This document shows, one piece after another, positions 19,994 to 28,800 of a DNA stretch of 64,000 bases; the stretch's first letter is position 1; each line of letters starts with the position of its first letter. The notes below the pieces were generated by a model, which was given only the letters and a program-made list of their open reading frames with translations, had not been told where the DNA came from and made no database searches. This stretch comes from an uncultured virus (IMG/VR IMGVR_UViG_3300043313_000272) (Duplodnaviria > Heunggongvirae > Uroviricota > Caudoviricetes): the IMG/VR virus record IMGVR_UViG_3300043313_000272. One strand, given 5' to 3'. Made by a program: the position numbers and the translations under genes.

Positions 19994-21032
19994 TGTAGGG
20001 ACCTCCTGGTGTTGAGCTGGCCACCCACGCCGGTGTCGGATCGGTCGGAGCCGGATCCTGATCGTTGGCGGTTGGGAGACCCGAAGCGTCCTGAGCATCG
20101 TCGACGTCAGCGGCGGCAGTGACACCGCACATCGTTCCGGCTGCCGTGCCGTCGTTGTAGACCCTGATCGTGTGGGTCGCGTGCACCGGAACGTCGCCGT
20201 CGGTGGCGTAGTCGGTCAGGGTGTAGTCCTCGCCATTCGTGCCCACGTCGGAGCCCGACATAACTGAGGAACGCTCACAATCGGACACAACCGGGCCGAC
20301 GGACTTCGTGTCTTTCCACTCGATGGTGCCGTTGGCAAGATCGTCGGACAGGTCGATGCGCAGCGGGTTGAGCCCGTCGGCGTCCTTCCAGTTGGAGCAC
20401 TCGCCTGGAGGCAGTTCGTTGTTGTAGTCCAGGTCGGTGCCGGCGTCCCCGCCGTCCATCTTGAACACATCGAACGTCTTCGTGCTGGACGCGTCGTTGC
20501 AGGTCCGCACCCGATCGCTCAAGTTCGCGCCGCACACTGAGGCATTCCGGATGAGTACCTGGACCTGTCCGCCAGAAACAGCGTTGGCCAAGGTCTCGGT
20601 AGGCGGCAGCGCGTTCTCATTGCTGATCGTCGCCGTGTCCTGGCAGGGCATGTCGTACGACGCCTGCGTGTCGTCGATGCCGTCGTTGTCCTTACCGATC
20701 TCCGCAGAGCCGTTGGGAACGAAGTTGACACCGTCGTCGGTCAGGTCGATCCGCACGTTCGCCGGGTCGTTGACGTTTCCGGTGCAGTCGCCAGGCAGCA
20801 ACTCGTTCGAGTAGGTGCCGTACGAGGATCCGGGCAACCGGTCGACGTCGATGTTCTTACCGTCGGTGCTACCACCGTTGGTATCTGACGAGTCGATCGA
20901 GTTGCAAATCTTGATGGTGGCCGGGAATGCCGCCTGCGCGGGCGTGGCCACCATGAGGGCGGAGGCGGTTCCAGTGATCGCCACCGCGGCGGTACAGGCA
21001 AGCCATCGTTTGGCTCGCGTGGGAAACTTCAT
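19980..21032 (-). CDS. Secreted acidic protein with two tandem Cys-containing domains
   Basis: Signal peptide ending AQA; repeated C-N...DV...Y.NEL.PG.C...RIDL.DD unit. Confidence 0.7.
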   Translation of the reverse strand: MKFPTRAKRWLACTAAVAITGTASALMVATPAQAAFPATIKICNSIDSSDTNGGSTDGKNIDVDRLPGSSYGTYSNELLPGDCTGNVNDPANVRIDLTDDGVNFVPNGSAEIGKDNDGIDDTQASYDMPCQDTATISNENALPPTETLANAVSGGQVQVLIRNASVCGANLSDRVRTCNDASSTKTFDVFKMDGGDAGTDLDYNNELPPGECSNWKDADGLNPLRIDLSDDLANGTIEWKDTKSVGPVVSDCERSSVMSGSDVGTNGEDYTLTDYATDGDVPVHATHTIRVYNDGTAAGTMCGVTAAADVDDAQDASGLPTANDQDPAPTDPTPAWVASSTPGGPYSDEN

Positions 21033-21155
21033 TTACCAGCTCCCTTCTCGGGCTGATAGTGGGGTTCGCACTCGCACCGTATCGCCTGAGAGGGAGCTGT
21101 GTGGCGCATCCGGCAATCCCACGTCATACGTGTCGACGCGCCCGCTACAACCAGA

Positions 21156-21191
21156 AGACTCCCACGGGCCTCAGGCCAGCGGTGGGAGTCT
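21156..21191 (-). terminator. Terminator-like hairpin
   Basis: AGACTCCCAC/GTGGGAGTCT stem followed by TCTGGTTGT on the minus strand. Confidence 0.5.
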
Positions 21192-21316
21192 CAAGGGGTC
21201 AAACACGGAGTGTCTACACACTACCAACCATCACTGACAGGGACCTGAAGACATAGCTGTCCTTCCCCTCCCCAAAACCCAACGAAGATCAACATCTAAC
21301 CAGGGCAGGCTTACGC

Positions 21317-21416
21317 GCAGCCAGTCCCGGGAGAATCTCCGCCTGACCTTGCCGTCTAGGTCGGCTGCTCGCGCGTGGCAGCTCGATCAGATTGCCCGGG
21401 AGTGCGGGCCGGCTAC
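21317..21416. ncRNA. Candidate structured RNA (three-way junction)
   Basis: Nested stems GTAGCCGG/CTGGCTGC, TCCCGGG/CCCGGGA and AATCT/AGATT enclosing hairpins GCTGC/GCAGC and GACCT/AGGTC in ORF-free DNA. Confidence 0.4.
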
Positions 21417-21455
21417 TCCTACGTCCTGAGTTCAGGTGAGGACGCCAAGGAACAC

Positions 21456-21935
21456 CTATGCGATGCCCTGCATGAGCAGGCTGTAATCGAATTTGGCTTT
21501 GAGGGCGTCCAGGATGTCGACCTGTTCGCCCAGGTAGCCGAGTAGTCGGTTGTCATAGACCCGCGCCCATCGGGGGATGGTGATCTCGCGGTGCACAAAC
21601 TGCTGGCCGCGCTCGGTGACTTGCCACCATCCGGCGCGTCCTCCGTCGTCTCGACGCTCTTTCGCTTCCTGGATCAGACCCCAGTGCCGCATGATCGCCT
21701 CGTCGCGCCCGTGGGTGCTGATGGACGCCAGGAACTCAGGCATGTAGAACCACTCCAGCCCGTACCGGTGGTTGGCGAGGATCAGCTTCCGTGCCATGCC
21801 GGCGTTCACTCGGCGCTTCTGCACCCACGCGTGCTGACCGCAGCATGGGCAGCGGGCGCCTTTGTCGACGCGGTCGCGTAGCCATTGCTTGGCCTCTTCG
21901 AGCGTGTCGAAGTGGGGGGCGGTCGGCTCAGACAC
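21456..21935 (-). CDS. Hypothetical protein (Zn ribbon plus winged-helix-like)
   Basis: CPCCGQ...HWGLI...GWWQVTERG; GGAGG SD. Confidence 0.7.
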   Translation of the reverse strand: MSEPTAPHFDTLEEAKQWLRDRVDKGARCPCCGQHAWVQKRRVNAGMARKLILANHRYGLEWFYMPEFLASISTHGRDEAIMRHWGLIQEAKERRDDGGRAGWWQVTERGQQFVHREITIPRWARVYDNRLLGYLGEQVDILDALKAKFDYSLLMQGIA

Positions 21936-21954
21936 AGGCGCCTCCAGGCGTGGA

Positions 21955-22247
21955 AGCGGCCCCGGTCCGCAATTGCATGACCGGGGCCGCTAGGACCACC
22001 TGGCAAAGTTGCCCTGGCCGATAATCGGCCTCCTCGACGCGGCTCGATGGAGTTGGACGCGTCGGTGTTACAAGGGTATCGACTGAAGTCGGAATGATCA
22101 AGATCTGCTCCCATCGAGCTGTCCGTTGCCAGGTGGACTTTATTGCGCCGTGGACTCGCCCGCTAGGGCGTTGCAGGATCGTTGCCAGGTGGCCCGGTGT
22201 TGGCTACCCCGAATTACAATCTGCACGCCCCGAGGCGAGTCGTCTAC
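21955..22247 (-). ncRNA. Candidate ~300-nt regulatory RNA carrying sense and antisense copies of the leader motif
   Basis: Own promoter (22253-22280), multiple long stems, 13-bp terminal hairpin 21955-21991, CCACCTGGCAAC at 22181-22192 and 22125-22136, antisense CTTTGCCAGGTGG at 21996-22008. Confidence 0.6.
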
Positions 22248-22252
22248 GAATC

Positions 22253-22280
22253 ATGATAAGGGACCTACCGCCGGTGTCAA
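22253..22280 (-). promoter_or_regulatory. Promoter TTGACA-N16-TATCAT
   Basis: Immediately after the lysis-cassette terminator; no credible ORF for ~310 nt downstream. Confidence 0.65.
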
Positions 22281-22286
22281 GGGTTA

Positions 22287-22324
22287 GAGAAAGCGGCCCG
22301 GCAGTGACGTGCGGGCCGCTTCTC
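22287..22324 (-). terminator. Intrinsic terminator after holin
   Basis: AAGCGGCCCG/CGGGCCGCTT stem followed by TCTCT. Confidence 0.7.
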
Positions 22325-22333
22325 CGCGAGACG

Positions 22334-22807
22334 CTACCAGCCTTGAGCTGGGTTGACGCGCTGAGCGTTCGGCGCTTCGGGTTGTGCCGGATCCGCCGGC
22401 GGTGTCTTGACGACCACGTGGGAGGTTGCCACGCCGGACAGGATGCCGCCGATGAACACGAGCGCGGCAGCCGCCGGGGTCACCCACTCGGGCGTCGCGC
22501 CGGGAATGACCTGGTACAGCAGCGGGAGGATCGCGAGCAACGCGTTGATGACGCCGGAGATCCAGTTCAGGATCTTCCGGGCCTTCGGTGGCAGCGCCGT
22601 CGGATCGATCGCGTCGCCGTTGATGTTCGTGGCGGCGGTGACTCCTGCGACGCCGGCGAGGACGCCGAGGATCTGCACCGCCCCGTCGATCCAGCCGGGC
22701 GTATCGCCGGTCGATGCTTGCACGATCACGGCGTAGGTGCCAAGCGCAACCACGGCGAGCGTGTTGGCCCAGTAGATGGCGGCGCGGACGCCAGCCGGAA
22801 TGGTCAT
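22334..22807 (-). CDS. Holin (about 4 TM, internally duplicated)
   Basis: Two similar halves (RAAIYW.../RKILNW...; TPGWI/TPEWV); directly downstream of endolysin. Confidence 0.75.
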   Translation of the reverse strand: MTIPAGVRAAIYWANTLAVVALGTYAVIVQASTGDTPGWIDGAVQILGVLAGVAGVTAATNINGDAIDPTALPPKARKILNWISGVINALLAILPLLYQVIPGATPEWVTPAAAALVFIGGILSGVATSHVVVKTPPADPAQPEAPNAQRVNPAQGW

Positions 22808-22817
22808 GGTGCCTTCC

Positions 22818-24182
22818 TCAGGGTTTCTTCGTGGACAGGTAGTCCATCGAGTAGTAGGTGCCGGACGTGGTGACAGCGTTCCAACGGCCCCACCGGTAGA
22901 CCTGCTTGGCGGCTTTGATCTCGTAGCCGCGCGCCCGGTGCGTCTTCGCTACCCGGTCGACGTCGCAGCCGGTGAGGCTGGAGCCGGCCTGCACGTTGAC
23001 GTAGAAGCTGGCCGCGCCGGTCTTGATGTTCACCGGGTTGTACGGCGAGGTCGCCCAGCGTTCGAGCTTCGGTGTGCGCGGGCCGGGGAATCGGAGGTTG
23101 CTGACCAGCCCGTCACCGTCCGGGTTGCCGCCCAACCATTCCTGGTATTCGCCGTGCTGGGTGCGGGCGAGCTGGGCGACGTCGCCGAGGCTCTCAGCTG
23201 ACACGTTGTGGCCGTGCCGATCGGAGTCCCACCCGTCGTCGTAGTTGCCGTACTCGTAGCCGCGGATGAAGAACAGCTGGCCGGAGCGCATGAAGAACCC
23301 CTGGACCTTGACGACGTCGTCGAGCGACTTCCAGGCCGTGCCTTCCTTGACCTTGATGTCCTCGACACCGAGGCCCTTGTGGCTGCCGGCGGACAGGGCG
23401 CCGTCGGAGAGGCCGCCTTGGACGATCTCGATCGGACCCCACCAGGACTTCACCTCGCGCTCGATCAGCGTCAGGATCACGTAGTCGCGGGCCGTCACAT
23501 AGCGGGGGGTTTTGCCGTCGTCCCGCCACCGCAGGTAGTAGCAGGTGTATTCGGTGTTGTACTTGACCGTCTTGGGGGCGTCGGAGAGCTTCGCCGGCGC
23601 TGTGGCGATCGCCGCGCGGAGGAACAGCGTCACCCTGGCCAGGTTCCGGCTGGAGCCTGGCGTCCCGGACAGGCAGTGCTCCATCGCCTTCCACCAGTCC
23701 TGGTTGGCGAGCGCGGTCCGGAAGTTCGGCCACTCGTAGCCGTCGGAGGCTTGCCGATCGGTGAACCGTGGGCCGTAGTTCCACGCCATGTCCCAGTAGG
23801 CGAGCTGGGCGTCAGCCGGCCAATCCTCGAGATCCGGGTACAGGCCCGCCATGATGCCGGCGAACCCGTTGGCACGGTCGATCGTCAGCTTGTCGATGGT
23901 CCCGTCGTCGATGCGGAGCGTCGCGTACTTCTCGAACGCTGCTCCGCCCAGATGACGGATGTCCTGCTTGGAGTTGATCATGCGCCATTCGGCTTCGATC
24001 TCATCCGGCGTCGCTGACCGATCAAATAACTTCCAGGGCAGTTTCTGAGCTGCCTGCACGGAGTCGATCAGGTACCCGACTGCCGTGGTGACTAGGCCCT
24101 TTGAGTCGAGGTACATCCAGGAGCAACGGCCTTCGAACTTCTCGACGAAGTCGGGGAATGCCGCACGTACGGAGTCGCGCAT
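22818..24182 (-). CDS. Endolysin: lysozyme-like N-terminal domain plus M15-like peptidase domain
   Basis: FEGRCSWMYLDSKGLVTTAVGYL (T4/GH24-like E-x8-D-x5-T); QGG...SAGSHKGLGVED...HGH; start MRDSV overlaps upstream stop. Confidence 0.8.
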   Translation of the reverse strand: MRDSVRAAFPDFVEKFEGRCSWMYLDSKGLVTTAVGYLIDSVQAAQKLPWKLFDRSATPDEIEAEWRMINSKQDIRHLGGAAFEKYATLRIDDGTIDKLTIDRANGFAGIMAGLYPDLEDWPADAQLAYWDMAWNYGPRFTDRQASDGYEWPNFRTALANQDWWKAMEHCLSGTPGSSRNLARVTLFLRAAIATAPAKLSDAPKTVKYNTEYTCYYLRWRDDGKTPRYVTARDYVILTLIEREVKSWWGPIEIVQGGLSDGALSAGSHKGLGVEDIKVKEGTAWKSLDDVVKVQGFFMRSGQLFFIRGYEYGNYDDGWDSDRHGHNVSAESLGDVAQLARTQHGEYQEWLGGNPDGDGLVSNLRFPGPRTPKLERWATSPYNPVNIKTGAASFYVNVQAGSSLTGCDVDRVAKTHRARGYEIKAAKQVYRWGRWNAVTTSGTYYSMDYLSTKKP

Positions 24183-24976
24183 CAATAAACCACCCTTGCC
24201 CAGATTGTGTTGTGGTCGGTGGGCGCCACCTTCCGCTCGGTGCTGCGGCAGGTGTGGAACAGCCTGGCCCGCGTGATCCTGGCGCCGGAGCGGGTCAGCA
24301 CGTCGTCTTTCCACCGGAATCTGGCCTCGCACTCGTGGGTCCAGTCGTGGGTCGAGTCGATCGATTCGCCGGCGATCTGGCCGTTGTCGAGCTGCGAGCG
24401 GATCGGGTGCAAACCGAACTCGGTTTGCGCTATCCGGCGGATACCTTCCGGTGCCGCGTCTGCGTCGGTGTTGTCGTTCAGGTCGAAGCCGCCGATGACC
24501 TCCAGGTTGTCCGGGAGCTTCAGGATCGCCCGGCCAATCTGGCGGATCTGCGCAGCCCGGGTGACGCCGTTGCCGGATCCGGACACCAGGTGACCGGAGA
24601 CGAACCAGGCTGCCTCGCCGGTGCTCAGCTTGACCATCTTCTGGATCGTGCACCCCGGGATCACCGGCAGCTGCTGCAGCGTGCCGGGGACCGGCTGCAT
24701 GGTGAGCCCGTTGTACATCAGGATGCAGTTCGAGTTGTCGCCGCCGCCGGAGAACGCCCAATGCCCACCGAGGTCGTTGGTGATCTGCACCGCCATCTCA
24801 TCGGTCCACTCCTGGCCGAACATGACGTCCATGCCTTCGGTGTCGATGATCTTCTGGAGGTGGGCGGCCATGTAGGGCCGCCGCTTGGGCCAGGAGTGGC
24901 TGGTCAGCTTGTCGAGCAGGAGCGTGGAGCGGCGCCCGTTGCAGGACGCCGTGTCGACAGTCGTGTCTACACCCAC
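24182..24976 (-). CDS. Endonuclease/exonuclease/phosphatase-superfamily protein
   Basis: FGQE, SGHL, GGFDLN, TDHN motifs. Confidence 0.75.
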   Translation of the reverse strand: MGVDTTVDTASCNGRRSTLLLDKLTSHSWPKRRPYMAAHLQKIIDTEGMDVMFGQEWTDEMAVQITNDLGGHWAFSGGGDNSNCILMYNGLTMQPVPGTLQQLPVIPGCTIQKMVKLSTGEAAWFVSGHLVSGSGNGVTRAAQIRQIGRAILKLPDNLEVIGGFDLNDNTDADAAPEGIRRIAQTEFGLHPIRSQLDNGQIAGESIDSTHDWTHECEARFRWKDDVLTRSGARITRARLFHTCRSTERKVAPTDHNTIWARVVY

Positions 24977-25034
24977 ACGCCCATCTAATCGGCGGACGTG
25001 TCAAGGGTTGCTGCGGCGCGCCGCGGCGGCTGTA

Positions 25035-25388
25035 TTACGGCCCGGGGTGGTCCTCTTCGGGCGGCGGGAACAGCGGCGGCGGTGGCGGGATGGTGTGCCA
25101 CTCACGCGGCGGCTTCCCCGCCTCTTCGCGAATCAGGTTCAGCTCATGGCGGATCTCGGACATGCCGACCCGCATGTCCACATCCCACGGCTGATGGGCC
25201 TCCGCGCAAGCCTGGAACGCGTCGAGCCGCCGGAGCGCCCGGTCATACCGCCTCTGCTCCCGCTGCTCGTAGCCCTCGCGGAGCTTGGTTCGGTTGTCCC
25301 GGAACGACTTGATCAGGGTGAGCAAGGCAATCCCAATCACTGTCCCGGCGCCAGGGCCGAGGAGCTGCGCCCAGGTGTCACTAGCCAT
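25035..25388 (-). CDS. Membrane protein with coiled coil (lysis-cassette associated)
   Basis: N-terminal TM, helical region, PPPPP tail; start MASDTW. Confidence 0.65.
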   Translation of the reverse strand: MASDTWAQLLGPGAGTVIGIALLTLIKSFRDNRTKLREGYEQREQRRYDRALRRLDAFQACAEAHQPWDVDMRVGMSEIRHELNLIREEAGKPPREWHTIPPPPPLFPPPEEDHPGP

Positions 25389-25776
25389 CGCTTCCCTCCG
25401 GGGTGAGGAGGGACCTGCGGTACCTGTGGATGAGCCACCACTGGATACCGAAGGCAACCGCCAAGCCCGAGTAAACGATGGCACCGAACCAGCTTGTCGG
25501 CACCGCGTTGAGGAGCGCAACCACGAACAGGCCGATCCCGACGATCAGGATGATCAGCCCGAACTGCTCGATCGCTCCGCCGTCGAGCCGGTTGCGCCAG
25601 AAGATGCCCACCAGCGAGACGAAGCAGCCGGCGATGATCAATATGAGGATGGCCCGGACCTGCCATTCGCTTGCGTTCTGGAGGGCCATGGGCAACGGAG
25701 TCCAGCCGAACAGCGGCGGGATCGAGGCGATCATGAAGACCGCCTTCAACCAGATCGCCACTGCGTTGCGGGGCAT
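25381..25776 (-). CDS. 4-TM membrane protein (possible second holin-like)
   Basis: Four hydrophobic segments; position between tail fibre and lysin. Confidence 0.65.
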   Translation of the reverse strand: MPRNAVAIWLKAVFMIASIPPLFGWTPLPMALQNASEWQVRAILILIIAGCFVSLVGIFWRNRLDGGAIEQFGLIILIVGIGLFVVALLNAVPTSWFGAIVYSGLAVAFGIQWWLIHRYRRSLLTPEGSDG

Positions 25777-25873
25777 GCGTGACCCTCGGCCTTTCTGACT
25801 GAGTGATGTCGGGTCAATCCAACCAGTTGCGCAGCCTGATCAGGTGCTTCACTGAGGCCCTGCGTATTACGGC

Positions 25874-28800
25874 TCAGTAGATCTCGGTGACGATGACGCA
25901 TCCGGCACCGCCAACCGCACCTGCTCGGGCTGCGTTGGTGCCGCCGGTTGTCGATCCGCCGCCGCCTCCGCCGTAGACGCCGCCCACGTCGCCGGTGTTG
26001 TTGCCCGCGCGGCCACGTCCCCCTCCGCCGAGTCGGGAGCTACCGCCGAGGCCGCCGAACGAGTCCGACCCACCCAAGCGCCCGCCGACAGCTCCGGCCT
26101 GCCCGACGGCGGTCTGCTGGCCGGTGAAGGTTTGGGTGCCGAAGCCGCCTTCCTGGAGCCCGACCGTGGTTCCGGCTCCGGTCGCTTGACCGCCAAGGCC
26201 GCCTGTCGCGGAGACGAGTGAACCGAATGAGGAGGTGCCGCCGGTGTTGCCGGTGCCAGCTGACACGCCGGTGCCACCTGCTCCGACGGTGATCGTCTCC
26301 GAAGCCCCGAGCGCCGCCGCGGCGAGCAGTGAGCAGGCATACCCGCCGCCCTGGCCGCCGCCGCCACCGGAGCCTTGCGCTGAGGTGGCTGCTGCCCCAC
26401 CGCCAGCTCCGCCGCCGGCCTGGACTTCGATCAGGAACTGCTTCGCCGCCGCCGGTTTGTTGTAGGTCGTACCGGCGGTGAAGACGGTGCGGACGATCGA
26501 CCCTGGCCGTGGCGTCATGACCAGCGAGACAGCGGTAATGGTGCCGTCGCCGGAGATGATCAGCGAGTTCGACGGGTTCACAATCTGCGCCGGGGTCGCG
26601 CCGCCGGCGCCGAAGTTGTTCGACCCGGGCGGCGCGGCACCACCTGTGCCGAGGACGTCGTAGGTAACGGAGATGACACCCGCCGCGGGGGTGGACTGGA
26701 GCTTCATCGCGCCCGAGCTGGTGCCGGCGTACGGACGGATGCCGTTCGGATCATCGGTGCCGCCACCTGGTGGGATGGACGGGCTCGTGATCGTGCACCT
26801 GGCCCGCCGCTTCCGGGTGAAGCTGTTCAGCGGGCTAATCATCGTCTCGTGAGTGCCGCCGGTGGCGTTCGAGTCGTACCAGGTGTACCCAGCCAGCCAG
26901 GCCCCCGCGGCGGTGTCGGTGGTGTGCTTGTACAGCGACCCGTTGGTGCTGAGCCCCCAGAAGTTCGACCCGTCCCAGCCGATGCCTTTCAAGATTCCGG
27001 AGGCAGCGAACTCCTGACTGGTCTGCCTGGTGCCACCGGCTGAGCTGGTCGCCACCCTCCAGTCGCTGGTCGAGGCGGCCTGCTTCGTGACGACCCGCGA
27101 GGCGCCGAAGTCGAAGCTGCCTTTCAGGATGCCGACCAGCGGCCCCGCCCAGACGCTGTCGTCGGCTGTCTCCACATCGGTGACGGTCATCGATACCGGG
27201 TTGACCGTGCGGACCCGCAGCCTGTCGTTACTGCTGGCGTTGTTGTGCTCAGCCAGCAGGACGCTCGTGCCGTCGTTGCCGATGGTGAACGGATCCCCGT
27301 CGGTGTTGGTAGGGGTGAAGCTGAACGACTTTTCCTCATTGTTGAGCCCGTGCCGCACCTCGTCGACGTAGAACACGAGACCTGGGGTGCCGTCGTCCTG
27401 CCCGACAATGCTGAGCTTCGCGGTGTCCATTTCGCCGATGGAGAAGTCGTGATCCCAGCTGGCCCGCTCGGTCCAGTTCACGCCGTCGGCTGAGGTGTAG
27501 AAGTGCAGGTCGCCTCCGCCGCCTGCGGCGTCCACCTCGCTGATCTTCCAATAGGCGTGGGTGGTCGCGTTGTAGGTGATCGAGGTGGTGAATTCGACGA
27601 TGTCCGTCGTCGCCTCGTAGCTGCGGAAGGTCAGCGTCGTGCCTTCGAGCTTGATCTCCGCCAGGTGGGCGTCGGCGACGTCCTCCCGCAGGTTCATGAA
27701 GATGTCCTGGCCGACCGTCCCGCTCTGCCGGGTGATCTTGGCCGAGACGAAGGAGTCCTTCATGTTGTTGTTGAAGCCCGTGCGGATCGAGGAGTCGTCG
27801 GTCAGCTTGGCCCGCCCGTTGCCGCTGCCGGCATCCCACACCGCACCGGCGATCGTGGCCCACCGTGCGCCGCTGATCGAGGCGCCGAAGTCGTCGGTCC
27901 AGACGTGGGTGTAGTTACCCGCCATCGCCTTGTGACGGATGATCTTGTTGTCGCTGGTGATCGAGTAGCACAGCCCGTTGGCCACGATCTGGGTGGTTTG
28001 CAGGGCCGTCGCGCTGGTGATCGCATCGGCGCCCAGCGAGTTGTACGTCCCGTCCGGATTGAACCGGTAGACGCGGTACGAACCGCCGTCCCGGTAGCCG
28101 CACACCCACAGCCCGGACACCCAGCAGATCGAGGTGATGTTGGCCGCATTGAACGTTCCGTCGCCGGCCTTGGTGAATGGGGTGACGGCCCAGTCCTGGG
28201 TGACGGTCGGCACGGTGGACGGGTTGCCCTGCGACACAGCACCGGAGGACAGCTCCAGCTTCGAGCCCTGGGTGAGCTTGTTTCCGGTGCCGCGGATCTC
28301 CGCCTGGCCGCTCACCGTCAGGGTGTTGATGTCGGCGGAGCCCTTGAACGTGGACTCGCTGTTCGTCGAGAGGTCGATCACCGGCTCGCCCGCCGGGTTG
28401 AAGTAGGTCGAGCCGCTCTCGTCGTGCTCGACCCGGGCGCCGGACAGCCCGGTCGCCAGCTTGCCGCCGTAGATCAGGTCCCCGCGGATCGTGCCGCCGG
28501 TGATCTGGTCAGCTGAGACCGATCCTGCGTAGACGAAGGTGGCCGCAATGTCGGGGTTGGTGGCCGGCCTCATCTGGGCGGAGCCTTGCGGGCTCGCCGG
28601 CGAGTCGCCGTCGAGGTCGCTGGCCACGATCTTCACGTAGTAGGTCGTGTCATAGGCCAGCGGCAGGTCGTTCGCCGTGTTTTTGATCGTGACTGAGGAT
28701 GCCCCGGTGGTCGCAACCAGGGTGGTGGCATCCGGGGCGAAGTCGTTGACGGTGGACAGGTGCACCTTGTAGGTCACCGGATCGGGGTTCTCGACCGGGC

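Noticed and set aside
21383..21393. Hammerhead ribozyme core (CTGATCGA on the minus strand)
   Set aside because: Deviates from CUGANGA and lacks the GAAA after stem II
22818..24761. 647-aa endolysin as given in the ORF track
   Set aside because: The first 193 codons overlap the EEP gene in another frame; the real start is more likely ATG at 24182
24985..25010. TTGACA promoter upstream of the EEP gene
   Set aside because: No acceptable -10 at 16-18 bp spacing; the TTGACA at 53247-53252 was left uncalled for the same reason
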